The notes below the pieces were generated by a model. The model was not told the DNA's origin and did not search any database. It saw only the letters and a program-made list of their open reading frames with translations. The translations under genes were made by a program, and so were the position numbers. A stretch of DNA of 64,000 nucleotides from an uncultured Candidatus Saccharibacteria bacterium (GTDB lineage: Bacteria; Patescibacteriota; Dojkabacteria; SC72): positions 120,940-184,939 of the forward strand of contig CAZSUV010000002.1 in NCBI GenBank assembly GCA_964610125.1, in the 5' to 3' direction. Shown here piece after piece: positions 19,601 through 28,674 of this stretch; within the stretch, counting starts at the first letter, position 1; each line of letters opens with the position of its first letter.

Positions 19601-20764
19601 ATGGGAAAAATATTTTCATTTAAAGATACTAGTAAAGAGATAAAAGAGGTTGAAAAAAGAAACTTAGAAGAACTTCGAGAAGCTGTAAAATATAGTGAGA
19701 AAGTTGAGAAACCAAAACCTGTAATTGTTGTTGAATTCTCATGGGGGCTTTTAGCCTTAGTGCTTTTAATCCTAGCGGTTATATTCTTTGGAAACCAACT
19801 AGTAAGTGTGGCCCTATTTCTTTTCTTAGGCTTTGTCTTTACATCTGCTGCAAGACCAGTGGTAAATTGGTTGATGTCCAAGAAGATCACAAAAGGTTGG
19901 GCAGTATTGATTACATACTTGGTAGCTATAATTCTTACTCTTTCTGTTCTTTCTGTTGTCATTATTCCTTTGGTAAGTCAGCTTACCGAACTAGTTAAAG
20001 TCTTCCCTGATTGGGTTGAAAAGGTTGTGGCAAACTTCAATGGTATAAAGTTTGGAAATATAAAGATTGATTCTGAAGAAATTACAAAATTTGTATCTAA
20101 TGGATTGCAATCTATCACCACAGGTGAGAGTTTGAAGAATGTTACTAATGCAGTATCTGGAGTATTTAGTACAACAGGTTTGTTTGTATCTTCTTTAATC
20201 CTTTCAATTTACTTAGTATTAGAGCATGACTCAATATTAGAATTTGGATTGATAAAAGTAGTATCTGATGAGAAGCGAGAGAGAATAAAAAAATTGGTAT
20301 TGGATGTTGAAGGCAAACTTGGAAGATGGATGCTCGGTCAGGCTACAATAAGTACAATTGCAGGAGTATTTGCTGGAATCTTACTTACAATATTTAAAGT
20401 TCCATTTGCTTTGCCTTTAGCTTTGTTAGTAGCATTACTTGATGCTGTCCCAGGGATTGGAGCTACCATTGCAGTAGCAATATGTGCTTTGATTGCACTC
20501 ATTACAGTAGGACTATGGCCTGCAGTAATATTGCTTGCAATATTCTTGGTATACCAGCAGGTTGAAAACAATTTCATTATTCCAAAGATAATGGGAAATG
20601 CTATTGGTCTCAAACCAGTAATAATTATGTTGGGTGTATTCATCTTCTTAATCCTCTTTGGAGTATTTGGAGCATTAATTGCAGTCCCATTCATGGTTAT
20701 ATTGCAAATATTCTATGAGTTCTATATCGACTTGCAAAAATTAAAAGCTAAAGGTATTGTTTAG
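19601..20764 (+). CDS. AI-2E (PerM/UPF0118) family transporter
   Basis: Multi-TM; VPGIG, QQVENNFIIPKIMG, GALIAVP. Confidence 0.9.
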   Translation: MGKIFSFKDTSKEIKEVEKRNLEELREAVKYSEKVEKPKPVIVVEFSWGLLALVLLILAVIFFGNQLVSVALFLFLGFVFTSAARPVVNWLMSKKITKGWAVLITYLVAIILTLSVLSVVIIPLVSQLTELVKVFPDWVEKVVANFNGIKFGNIKIDSEEITKFVSNGLQSITTGESLKNVTNAVSGVFSTTGLFVSSLILSIYLVLEHDSILEFGLIKVVSDEKRERIKKLVLDVEGKLGRWMLGQATISTIAGVFAGILLTIFKVPFALPLALLVALLDAVPGIGATIAVAICALIALITVGLWPAVILLAIFLVYQQVENNFIIPKIMGNAIGLKPVIIMLGVFIFLILFGVFGALIAVPFMVILQIFYEFYIDLQKLKAKGIV

Positions 20765-20797
20765 TATATATACCATTATTATTTAACTGCCCAGTAA

Positions 20798-23326
20798 ATG
20801 GAAAATTCAATACCAAGAAAGAACAATATATTCTTTTTTGAAGATTTCTCAGCTAAAGAATTGAATGAAAACAAGGTCGGTCGAAAAGGTCTTAGTCTTT
20901 TCAATCTTAAGGAGATGGATGTTCCAGTTCCTGAATTTTTTGTAGTTGCAAGTAATGTATATACTGAATTTTGTACCAAAGCATTAGGTGACAGAAAAGA
21001 AAAACTACTTGAAAAAGGTAAAAATCCCGAAAATGAAGAAGTACTTAAAGCTCTCTTAGAGGAAGAATTCTCAAAAGAAGTACAAGAAGATATTTTAAGT
21101 GCATATACTCGTCTTTCTGGTTTCTCAGATGCATGGGTGTCTGTACGATCTTCTGTAGTATTTCCTGCCAATGACAATATCTCCTTTAGTGGGATATTTA
21201 GTACAGAACTTAATGTTAGAAAATATGATGATCTAAAGAATGCAATCAAGAAGGTATATGGTTCTCTCTTCACTGATGATGTTGTGGCCTATGCAAACAA
21301 GATGGATATTGATCTTGCAGAGGTAAAGCTTGCTGTTGTTGTACAAAAGATGGTTCAAGCAGAGATATCAGGTGTGGTATTTACAGTAGATCCAATTACT
21401 CAAGACGAAACAAAGTTGGGTATTGAAGCAGTATATGGGCTTGGGGACGTCATATCTACTGGAGAAGTTACACCTGATTCATATCTTTTAAACAAGCGAG
21501 ATTTAGCTATTCTTGAAAAGCATATTGCTCCTCAAGAATGGATGAAGATTAGAACTATGAACCCTACAAGAGGGAGAAGAGGTAATGAGGAGAAGATTAA
21601 GATATCGGCAGGTTGGAGTCACAAACAGAAGTTAAATGACAAAGATATACAAGAGATCTCAAAGATTGCGTTGATCATAGAAAACAAATCTAGAATGCCA
21701 CAGAATATCGAATGGGTAATCTCTGGTGGTCGAGCTTGGGTATTACAGAACAAGTCCCTACTCTCTGACGTTATGCAATATCGTGTTAAGGTGGCTGAAA
21801 TGGAAATGCCAAGAAAATCTCTAAGAGATTTAGTCATAGCCTTCTTAGACAAATACAAGACCCAAGAGATGTTTGCTACTCAGGCTGTGAGTGATGCTCA
21901 GAGAATGGTAATGAAACAGAACAATGGACTTGGTGGAAAGATTGAGAGCTTGATTAATGCTGCAAAGACAAAACGAGAAGAGATTCAGAATGCACAGCAA
22001 TTAAGTAAGGAAGATCTTTTGGTATCCGGTATTGGTGCTAGCTTTGGAATCGTTGCAGGAAAAATAGCTGTAGTAGATCAACCTAATGGTAAGCTATATA
22101 CCAAGAATGATATCCTTTTGATAAAGAAATATTCAACTGAAATGGAATCCATGATTATTCCTTGTGGTGGTGTCATTATGGACTTTGGTGGTATTACAAG
22201 TGATACAGCTATTCTTTGTAGAGAGTTTAAGATCCCAGCTATTGTTGGTGCTACAAACGCTTCTACTCTACTTAAGGATGGTGATATGGTTAAAATTGAT
22301 GGAAATACAGGTAGTGTTTACAAAGATGTTGTAAAAGAAGAAGTACATCCTGTGGTTGAGACATATGGTGATGGTATCGACTTTATGAAAACTCAAGAAG
22401 AAGAGATTAAGGTTGAAGAACCCGCACTAAAGGTTGCTAAGGATACTACCCTACCTCCTTCTGCTACTAGAGTATTTAGTATGACCAACTTAGAGCCAGG
22501 CAAGTTAATAGACTTTGTTGGTAATGCTCATGGTTTGGTATATGTTGATTTAGATGAGATTATGCTTGATGAAGGTAGGCATCTTCTTGCATATGTTGAG
22601 GATCGTAAGTTCCTAGACTATGCTGCTAAGATCTCTGAGAGGGTTATAAAATATGTTGAATTAGCCGAAGGTAACGAAGTAGTTCTCTCCATTGGTTCTG
22701 CCACTATTGGTCAGTTTAAGAGTTTAACCAGAGGCAAGGAGTTTGAAGATCAGACATTGTCTAGTGAGATATATGGGGCTACACACTATGTAAATAACCT
22801 AGAATTACTAAAGAGAACTATTAAGATTGTTAAGAGGATTAGAAATATTTACAAGAAGAGGAATGTTTCGATTGCTCTCCACTCCCCTATGAATGAGGAT
22901 ATGATGAAAGAATTTAAGAAGCAGCTTTCGGGTGAGGGTTTGAGAAGAACTTCTTCCTTTAAGGTGTATGCAATATTGGATAACCCTTCTGAGATTATTC
23001 TTGCTGATGATATTCTTAATACCAAGATTGATGGTTTAATTCTTAATATTCCTCGTATTGCTAAACAGATGCAAGGGTTTAAGATTAGTGATGAGAATGC
23101 TAAGTATGATTTGAGTAGGAATAGTGTATTTAGAATTGTAGATAATGTTTTAGATATGGCTAAGGATCATGATAACAAGATTATATGTATTGTAGAGGAT
23201 TGTAAGCCATTATTAAGGCATTGTGTACAAGCAGGGGTATATGGTGTTTCTGTTTGTGCTGAGGATATTGCAGAGGCTAGAAAGGTTGTATCTGAGGAAG
23301 AAACGAAGTTGATATTGGGGAGATAA
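20798..23326 (+). CDS. Phosphoenolpyruvate synthase-like protein with degenerate catalytic motifs
   Basis: VSVRSS, VVVQKMV, SGVVFT, GLGD..GEVTPD; swivel domain GGITSDTAILCRE lacks the catalytic His. Confidence 0.85.
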   Translation: MENSIPRKNNIFFFEDFSAKELNENKVGRKGLSLFNLKEMDVPVPEFFVVASNVYTEFCTKALGDRKEKLLEKGKNPENEEVLKALLEEEFSKEVQEDILSAYTRLSGFSDAWVSVRSSVVFPANDNISFSGIFSTELNVRKYDDLKNAIKKVYGSLFTDDVVAYANKMDIDLAEVKLAVVVQKMVQAEISGVVFTVDPITQDETKLGIEAVYGLGDVISTGEVTPDSYLLNKRDLAILEKHIAPQEWMKIRTMNPTRGRRGNEEKIKISAGWSHKQKLNDKDIQEISKIALIIENKSRMPQNIEWVISGGRAWVLQNKSLLSDVMQYRVKVAEMEMPRKSLRDLVIAFLDKYKTQEMFATQAVSDAQRMVMKQNNGLGGKIESLINAAKTKREEIQNAQQLSKEDLLVSGIGASFGIVAGKIAVVDQPNGKLYTKNDILLIKKYSTEMESMIIPCGGVIMDFGGITSDTAILCREFKIPAIVGATNASTLLKDGDMVKIDGNTGSVYKDVVKEEVHPVVETYGDGIDFMKTQEEEIKVEEPALKVAKDTTLPPSATRVFSMTNLEPGKLIDFVGNAHGLVYVDLDEIMLDEGRHLLAYVEDRKFLDYAAKISERVIKYVELAEGNEVVLSIGSATIGQFKSLTRGKEFEDQTLSSEIYGATHYVNNLELLKRTIKIVKRIRNIYKKRNVSIALHSPMNEDMMKEFKKQLSGEGLRRTSSFKVYAILDNPSEIILADDILNTKIDGLILNIPRIAKQMQGFKISDENAKYDLSRNSVFRIVDNVLDMAKDHDNKIICIVEDCKPLLRHCVQAGVYGVSVCAEDIAEARKVVSEEETKLILGR

Positions 23327-23435
23327 CCCACACATTCAAATCCTTATTCGAAATTTTCACAAATGTTTTTTGTAAACATCTTTGTTCTGTCCTATAATGT
23401 TAATTGGAAAAGGGTCTTTAAAAAAGGAAGAGATT

Positions 23436-23825
23436 ATGAATAAAAGATTTTTCAAAAGCCTTGGAAGAATAGCAAAAAAACAAACTAATACAAAAGTCAT
23501 GCACAAATATCTTGAGAAGATGAAAAATAAGTCCCCATTGCCATTAAATCAGGCATTCATTTTCTGGGGATTAACTCAGATTGGTTCGGAAGAGGAGCCA
23601 TGGAGTAGAGTCAAGATAATAAATTGGTTTGTCCCTGTGGATAAAACTCGAAAATGTACTCCAGCACAGGAAGAAATTTACAGAAGAATATTACATTCCT
23701 TTCCTCCCAATAAGGAGCTCAATGGAGATGTAAAAGAATATTTACAAGATATTCTCAATGAGGTTCCTCCGGGTATTACTTCTCTTTTAAGAGAAAAATT
23801 CAATACGATTTGTACTGAATTGTAA
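23436..23825 (+). CDS. Hypothetical protein in a standalone cassette
   Basis: ATG at 23436 after TTGTAA-17-TATAAT promoter and AAGGAAGAG; followed by a hairpin. Confidence 0.65.
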   Translation: MNKRFFKSLGRIAKKQTNTKVMHKYLEKMKNKSPLPLNQAFIFWGLTQIGSEEEPWSRVKIINWFVPVDKTRKCTPAQEEIYRRILHSFPPNKELNGDVKEYLQDILNEVPPGITSLLREKFNTICTEL

Positions 23826-23850
23826 TATTAACCTTTTCCAACCACTGCCT

Positions 23851-23901
23851 AAAAAAGGGGTTCCCGTAAACATGTACTTAGTACACAGGAGCCCTTTTCT
23901 T
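23851..23901 (+). terminator. Terminator-like hairpin with a nested stem
   Basis: AAAAGGGGTTCC...TGTAC-TTA-GTACA...GGAGCCCTTTT. Confidence 0.6.
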
Positions 23902-23951
23902 AGCAATACCCATTTCTCTCATTATAGGTTTCTATGATATACTTTCCATAC

Positions 23952-26549
23952 ATGGAAGATACACCAATGATGAAACAATATATGGGTTTTAAGAAACAAT
24001 ACCCAGATAAAATACTACTCTACAGAATGGGAGATTTCTTCGAATCCTTTGGAGACGATGCCAAACTAACATCCAAAGTATTAAACATAACCCTAACCGC
24101 TAGAAACAAAGAAAACAACAACGTACCACTAGCAGGATTCCCACACAAAGCCATAGACCAATACCTACCCAAGTTAATAGCCGCAGGCTACTGTGTAGTA
24201 GTAGTAGACCAACTAGAAGACCCAAAGTTTGCAAAAGGAATAGTTAAACGAGGAGTAACAAGAATAGTAACACCCGGAACCCTAGACGGAGACGAAGCCA
24301 ATGCCGTAAAAAATTCCTACCTAGCAAGCTTCTACTTAGAAAAGAAAACCCTCTCAGTATCACTTTGTGATGTATCAACAGGAGAATCATTACTCATATC
24401 CGAGAAATATACAGAAAACAGTGTAAGCAATATCCTCTCATCATATTACCCAGAAGAGATATTAGTCATAGAAGGAGAAGACACCCTACTCTTCCCCAAC
24501 ACCCCAGTACACTTTGTAGAAAAAGGATTAAAGAACAAAGACTACGCAACAGAAATAGTAAAAGAATTCTACGGTATTAAAAATATGGAAAGCCTGGATA
24601 TATCTCAAGACAATGGAGATATCATAGCCGTAGGTATGGGATTACAGTACATCAAAGAAACCCAACTCATGGATCCAAAGCACATACTCAAACCCAAACG
24701 AGTAAATACAGACAGAACCATGATCCTCGACAGAGCAACCATTAGAAACCTAGAACTAGTAGCAAGTGCGTACAGTGGAAATATATCAGACTCACTCTTT
24801 GGAGTATTAGACAAGACTTCAACCAGAATGGGAAGAAGATTACTCTATTCATGGATATTAAATCCACTCATAGACAAGAAAAGCATAGATGAAAGATTAA
24901 ACATAGTAGAAAAGCTATACAACAAACAAGACTGCTTAACAGATATCAGAAGTAAATTAGAAAATATTAACGATATTGATCGAATAGTTGGAAAGATAGG
25001 GTTAAATCGAGCTAATGGAAGAGATTTCAATGCACTACAAGTATCATTAAAAAATGCATTAGAAATATCGGAAGTTTTAAAAAAGGAATTAGATATAGCA
25101 ACAGAAAATATTGATACTACAACGCTTGAAAAGTTAATTACACAGATTGAGGCAACCATTACAGATGATCCACCTACTACAATAACCGATGGTTGGATTA
25201 TAAAGACCGGCTTTAATCCAGAAGTAGATGAACTTAGATCCTTAAGCGGAGACAGCAAATCATGGTTAAAACAGTTTGAAGAAGATGAAAAAGCTAAAAC
25301 AGGGATCACATCATTAAAAATTAGCTTTAACAAAGTATTTGGATATTACATAGAGGTAACCAATTCTCACTTAACTAAAGTGCCAGAGAGATACATAAGA
25401 AAGCAAACCTTGGTAAATGCAGAGCGATTCATAACCGAAGAACTAAAAGCTAAGGAAGATATCATTCTTAATGCTCAAGAGAAGATTGGATCACTAGAAT
25501 ACAAGCTATTCTCTGAGTTTAGAGATACCTTCATTCCTCACCTTGAGACATTACATAAGGTAGCTACATTCATCGCAAATACAGATGTATTAGCAAACTT
25601 CGCATATATTGCATCTCAAAATGAATATGTAAAACCAAAGATATATGAGATTGGAGAGAAGAATGGGATTATTGATATCAAGAAAGGTCGTCACCCAATC
25701 GTTGAAAAGATATCTTCAGAAGAATTCATATCTAATGATACCCTCCTCAACTTTGAAGAATCCAATATGGCTATACTTACTGGGCCAAATATGTCAGGTA
25801 AATCTACATATATACGACAGGTAGCTACAATTGTATTGATGGCACAATTAGGAAGTTTTGTACCAGCATCAGAGGCTGAAATATCAATAGTGGATAGGAT
25901 ATTTACCAGAGTTGGAGCATCAGATGATCTATCAAGAGGAAGAAGTACTTTCATGGTAGAGATGGATGAGGCAGCAAATATAATTAACAATGCTACTAAG
26001 TATAGTTTGATTGTTCTTGATGAAGTTGGGCGTGGTACAAGCACCTATGATGGTGTGAGTATTGCATGGGCCATAGCTGAATACTTGGTTAATGAAAACA
26101 AGGCTCGTACCCTATTCGCTACCCACTATCATGAGCTTTTGAAATTAGCTGAAAAATTTCCAAACAGTGTTCAGAATTACAATGTATTAGTTGAGGAGGA
26201 TTTGGAAAAAGGTACGGTCATATTCCTTAGAAAGATTGTAAAAGGTGGAACTGACCGAAGCTATGGTATCTATGTCGCTAAGATGGCAGGACTTCCAATG
26301 AAGGTCATTAAGCGGGCAAATGAAATTCTTGAAGGTTTTGAGCAAAAAAACATGTTTGAATCAAAGAATGAGCTTAGGGATGTGGAAGCATTTGCATCAA
26401 AGAAACCATATGCACAAAATACTTTCCAAATGCCATTGTTTACAGCAAAAGATTCAGAAGTAGAACAAGAGATACAGAAGTTGAATTTGGATAATCTAAC
26501 TCCAATTGAGGCATTAAACAAGATAGCTGAATGGAAGAAAAAGATCTAA
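23952..26549 (+). CDS. mutS: DNA mismatch repair protein MutS
   Basis: TPMMKQY, RMGDFFE, TGPNMSGKSTY, STFMVEM, DEVGRGTS, FATHYHEL. Confidence 0.97.
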   Translation: MEDTPMMKQYMGFKKQYPDKILLYRMGDFFESFGDDAKLTSKVLNITLTARNKENNNVPLAGFPHKAIDQYLPKLIAAGYCVVVVDQLEDPKFAKGIVKRGVTRIVTPGTLDGDEANAVKNSYLASFYLEKKTLSVSLCDVSTGESLLISEKYTENSVSNILSSYYPEEILVIEGEDTLLFPNTPVHFVEKGLKNKDYATEIVKEFYGIKNMESLDISQDNGDIIAVGMGLQYIKETQLMDPKHILKPKRVNTDRTMILDRATIRNLELVASAYSGNISDSLFGVLDKTSTRMGRRLLYSWILNPLIDKKSIDERLNIVEKLYNKQDCLTDIRSKLENINDIDRIVGKIGLNRANGRDFNALQVSLKNALEISEVLKKELDIATENIDTTTLEKLITQIEATITDDPPTTITDGWIIKTGFNPEVDELRSLSGDSKSWLKQFEEDEKAKTGITSLKISFNKVFGYYIEVTNSHLTKVPERYIRKQTLVNAERFITEELKAKEDIILNAQEKIGSLEYKLFSEFRDTFIPHLETLHKVATFIANTDVLANFAYIASQNEYVKPKIYEIGEKNGIIDIKKGRHPIVEKISSEEFISNDTLLNFEESNMAILTGPNMSGKSTYIRQVATIVLMAQLGSFVPASEAEISIVDRIFTRVGASDDLSRGRSTFMVEMDEAANIINNATKYSLIVLDEVGRGTSTYDGVSIAWAIAEYLVNENKARTLFATHYHELLKLAEKFPNSVQNYNVLVEEDLEKGTVIFLRKIVKGGTDRSYGIYVAKMAGLPMKVIKRANEILEGFEQKNMFESKNELRDVEAFASKKPYAQNTFQMPLFTAKDSEVEQEIQKLNLDNLTPIEALNKIAEWKKKI

Positions 26550-27244
26550 AGCACTAAGTAATACCCTACTCCATATCTATTCTTAATTATATCTAACCCA
26601 GTCGCGCATTTTACCTGTTTGTTTAATCTATGTATATTAGCGGAGATGCACGATTGAGAAATTGATCTTTCAAATATCATCTCTAAATATTTTTGAATCT
26701 TTGCAATATCACAGCAGCTATTTTGTTTAATTAAGAAATGTAAGATAACGATCCACACGGGATGCATATGGATCTTACAATGTTTGAAGATAATATAGTG
26801 AGATTGAGTATCCAATATTAATCCCTTGTGCGAAATTTTCTCTTGATGTGGTATTTGAAATTTAAATTCTTCAATATATTTTAGAACTGCAGGTAAAAGA
26901 TATTTTGTTGTAGCCATATCGACAATATATGTAAACCCCTTCTGAATATATTTTGTAAAGTAAACTTCGTCTAATCTGGGAACAATAATTAGTGTATATT
27001 GATTCATGCATAGCGACGTGAGAGTAGAAAGTAGCTGACAAGATAGTGCAACGTTTGTTGAAAAACAATATTCATCTATAATTATTAGGGTGAATCTTTG
27101 AGTTTGTAAATTTTGGATAGTGTCAGAAATATTTGAAACGAAGATGAGTGAGATATTAGGGTGAGAAGAGGATATTCGTCGGAGTTGTTCCTTGTAAGCG
27201 AAATTATTGGTTACGCAAAGAATTTTCTTCGTAGCTTCAATCAT
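26546..27244 (-). CDS. Atypical OmpR/PhoB-type regulator (degenerate receiver plus winged helix)
   Basis: C-terminal IHRLNKQ...IKNRYGVGYYL; N-terminal receiver-like fold with poorly conserved motifs. Confidence 0.65.
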   Translation of the reverse strand: MIEATKKILCVTNNFAYKEQLRRISSSHPNISLIFVSNISDTIQNLQTQRFTLIIIDEYCFSTNVALSCQLLSTLTSLCMNQYTLIIVPRLDEVYFTKYIQKGFTYIVDMATTKYLLPAVLKYIEEFKFQIPHQEKISHKGLILDTQSHYIIFKHCKIHMHPVWIVILHFLIKQNSCCDIAKIQKYLEMIFERSISQSCISANIHRLNKQVKCATGLDIIKNRYGVGYYLVL

Positions 27245-27279
27245 AGGTATATTCTATACCTGTGATTCTTACAAAAAAC

Positions 27280-28572
27280 TTACGAATTGATTATTTTTAC
27301 AGCTTCTTCTAATGTAACAAGATTCTGTTCTCCAGTCTCCATATTCTTAATCTGAACTTTCTTTGCATTAATTTCATCATCACCAATAATCATAACCCAG
27401 GGGATATTCTTCTTAGATGCATATTTTAATTGATTACCAAACTTGATAGCTGTCATCTGTGCTTCGGTATTTATACCTTTCTCTCTTAATTGCTTTGCTA
27501 TACCTTGTATACATGTATAGAGTTTGGTATCAAAAAGAGGTAGGAATACTTTTGTATCTGTTTTGGTTTTTGGAATTAAGCCATAGGTTTCCATATAATC
27601 TCGTGTGGTTGTATCGCCCCAACCAATTCCAAATGCAGGGAGTTCTTCTTGCCCAAACATGGATAAGAGATCATCATATCTTCCCCCACCAAACAATGCT
27701 CGAGGGTTTTCTTTGCTACCAATATCAAACATTTCAATAACAGTCCCAGTATAATATGCTAATCCTCGCATGATTGAAGGTTCGAATCTCAGATTGGTTA
27801 GCCCGAGTTCATCTATTTTTGCAAACAATTCTATCAATTGTGCAGCACCTTGAGATTTGTCTTTAATCTTTTTTAAATCTTCCAAAGTCCATTTCAAAAA
27901 TTCCAATATTTGTTCTACTTGTTTGTCACGGAGTTCTAATTCTTCAAGATATTCAACAAAGGCTTCTTTTCCAAGTTTTGGGTAATTATCTATAGCTCTG
28001 CCCACCTTTGCTTTTTTTTCTTCGGAAAGCTTTAGAATATCCTTGAAAAGATAATCTAAGAGATATCTACTGTTTACTCTAATTTCATAAGTTTCTTTGG
28101 GAGCCTTAAATTCTTCCATAACAGCAAGAATATATTGGAATATCTCCAATTCAGCTTCTAAGGTTGGAATCCCCAAAATGTCTATATTTAATTGAACAAA
28201 CTCTCTTCTTCTTCCTCTCTGAGGTTTCTCATATCTGTAATATTTTCCAATGTTAAACCATTTTAATGGTAGTGTTAATTCATTTTTCTTAGCAGCAATC
28301 ATTCGAGCTAATGAAGGAGTCATTTCAGGTCTAATGGCTATTTCTCTTCCTCCCTTGTCTGTGAAGTTGTACAACTGAGTGGAAGCAATTTCATCACCTG
28401 ATTTTGCAATATACAATGCAGTTTCCTCAATTAAAGGGGTATCATATTCTTCAAATCCAAATCTCTTGGCAACAGAAGTCCATGTATCGAACATGAAATT
28501 ACGTACTAGCATATCCTGAGGATATGTATCTGCTGTTCCTTTGTACGGAGTTGTTTGTAATTTGGTTTCCAT
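27280..28572 (-). CDS. hisS: Histidine--tRNA ligase
   Basis: RPEMTPS, RYEKPQRGRRREF, RGLAYYTG, GGGRYD. Confidence 0.97.
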   Translation of the reverse strand: METKLQTTPYKGTADTYPQDMLVRNFMFDTWTSVAKRFGFEEYDTPLIEETALYIAKSGDEIASTQLYNFTDKGGREIAIRPEMTPSLARMIAAKKNELTLPLKWFNIGKYYRYEKPQRGRRREFVQLNIDILGIPTLEAELEIFQYILAVMEEFKAPKETYEIRVNSRYLLDYLFKDILKLSEEKKAKVGRAIDNYPKLGKEAFVEYLEELELRDKQVEQILEFLKWTLEDLKKIKDKSQGAAQLIELFAKIDELGLTNLRFEPSIMRGLAYYTGTVIEMFDIGSKENPRALFGGGRYDDLLSMFGQEELPAFGIGWGDTTTRDYMETYGLIPKTKTDTKVFLPLFDTKLYTCIQGIAKQLREKGINTEAQMTAIKFGNQLKYASKKNIPWVMIIGDDEINAKKVQIKNMETGEQNLVTLEEAVKIINS

Positions 28573-28674
28573 CTGAAAATTATATCACATACTCATTCTC
28601 CTGCGGGCTTGAATAAAAACGTTAAATTATATATATTCAATGTATATATAAGCTGCCGTTAGACTGAAATTCTA

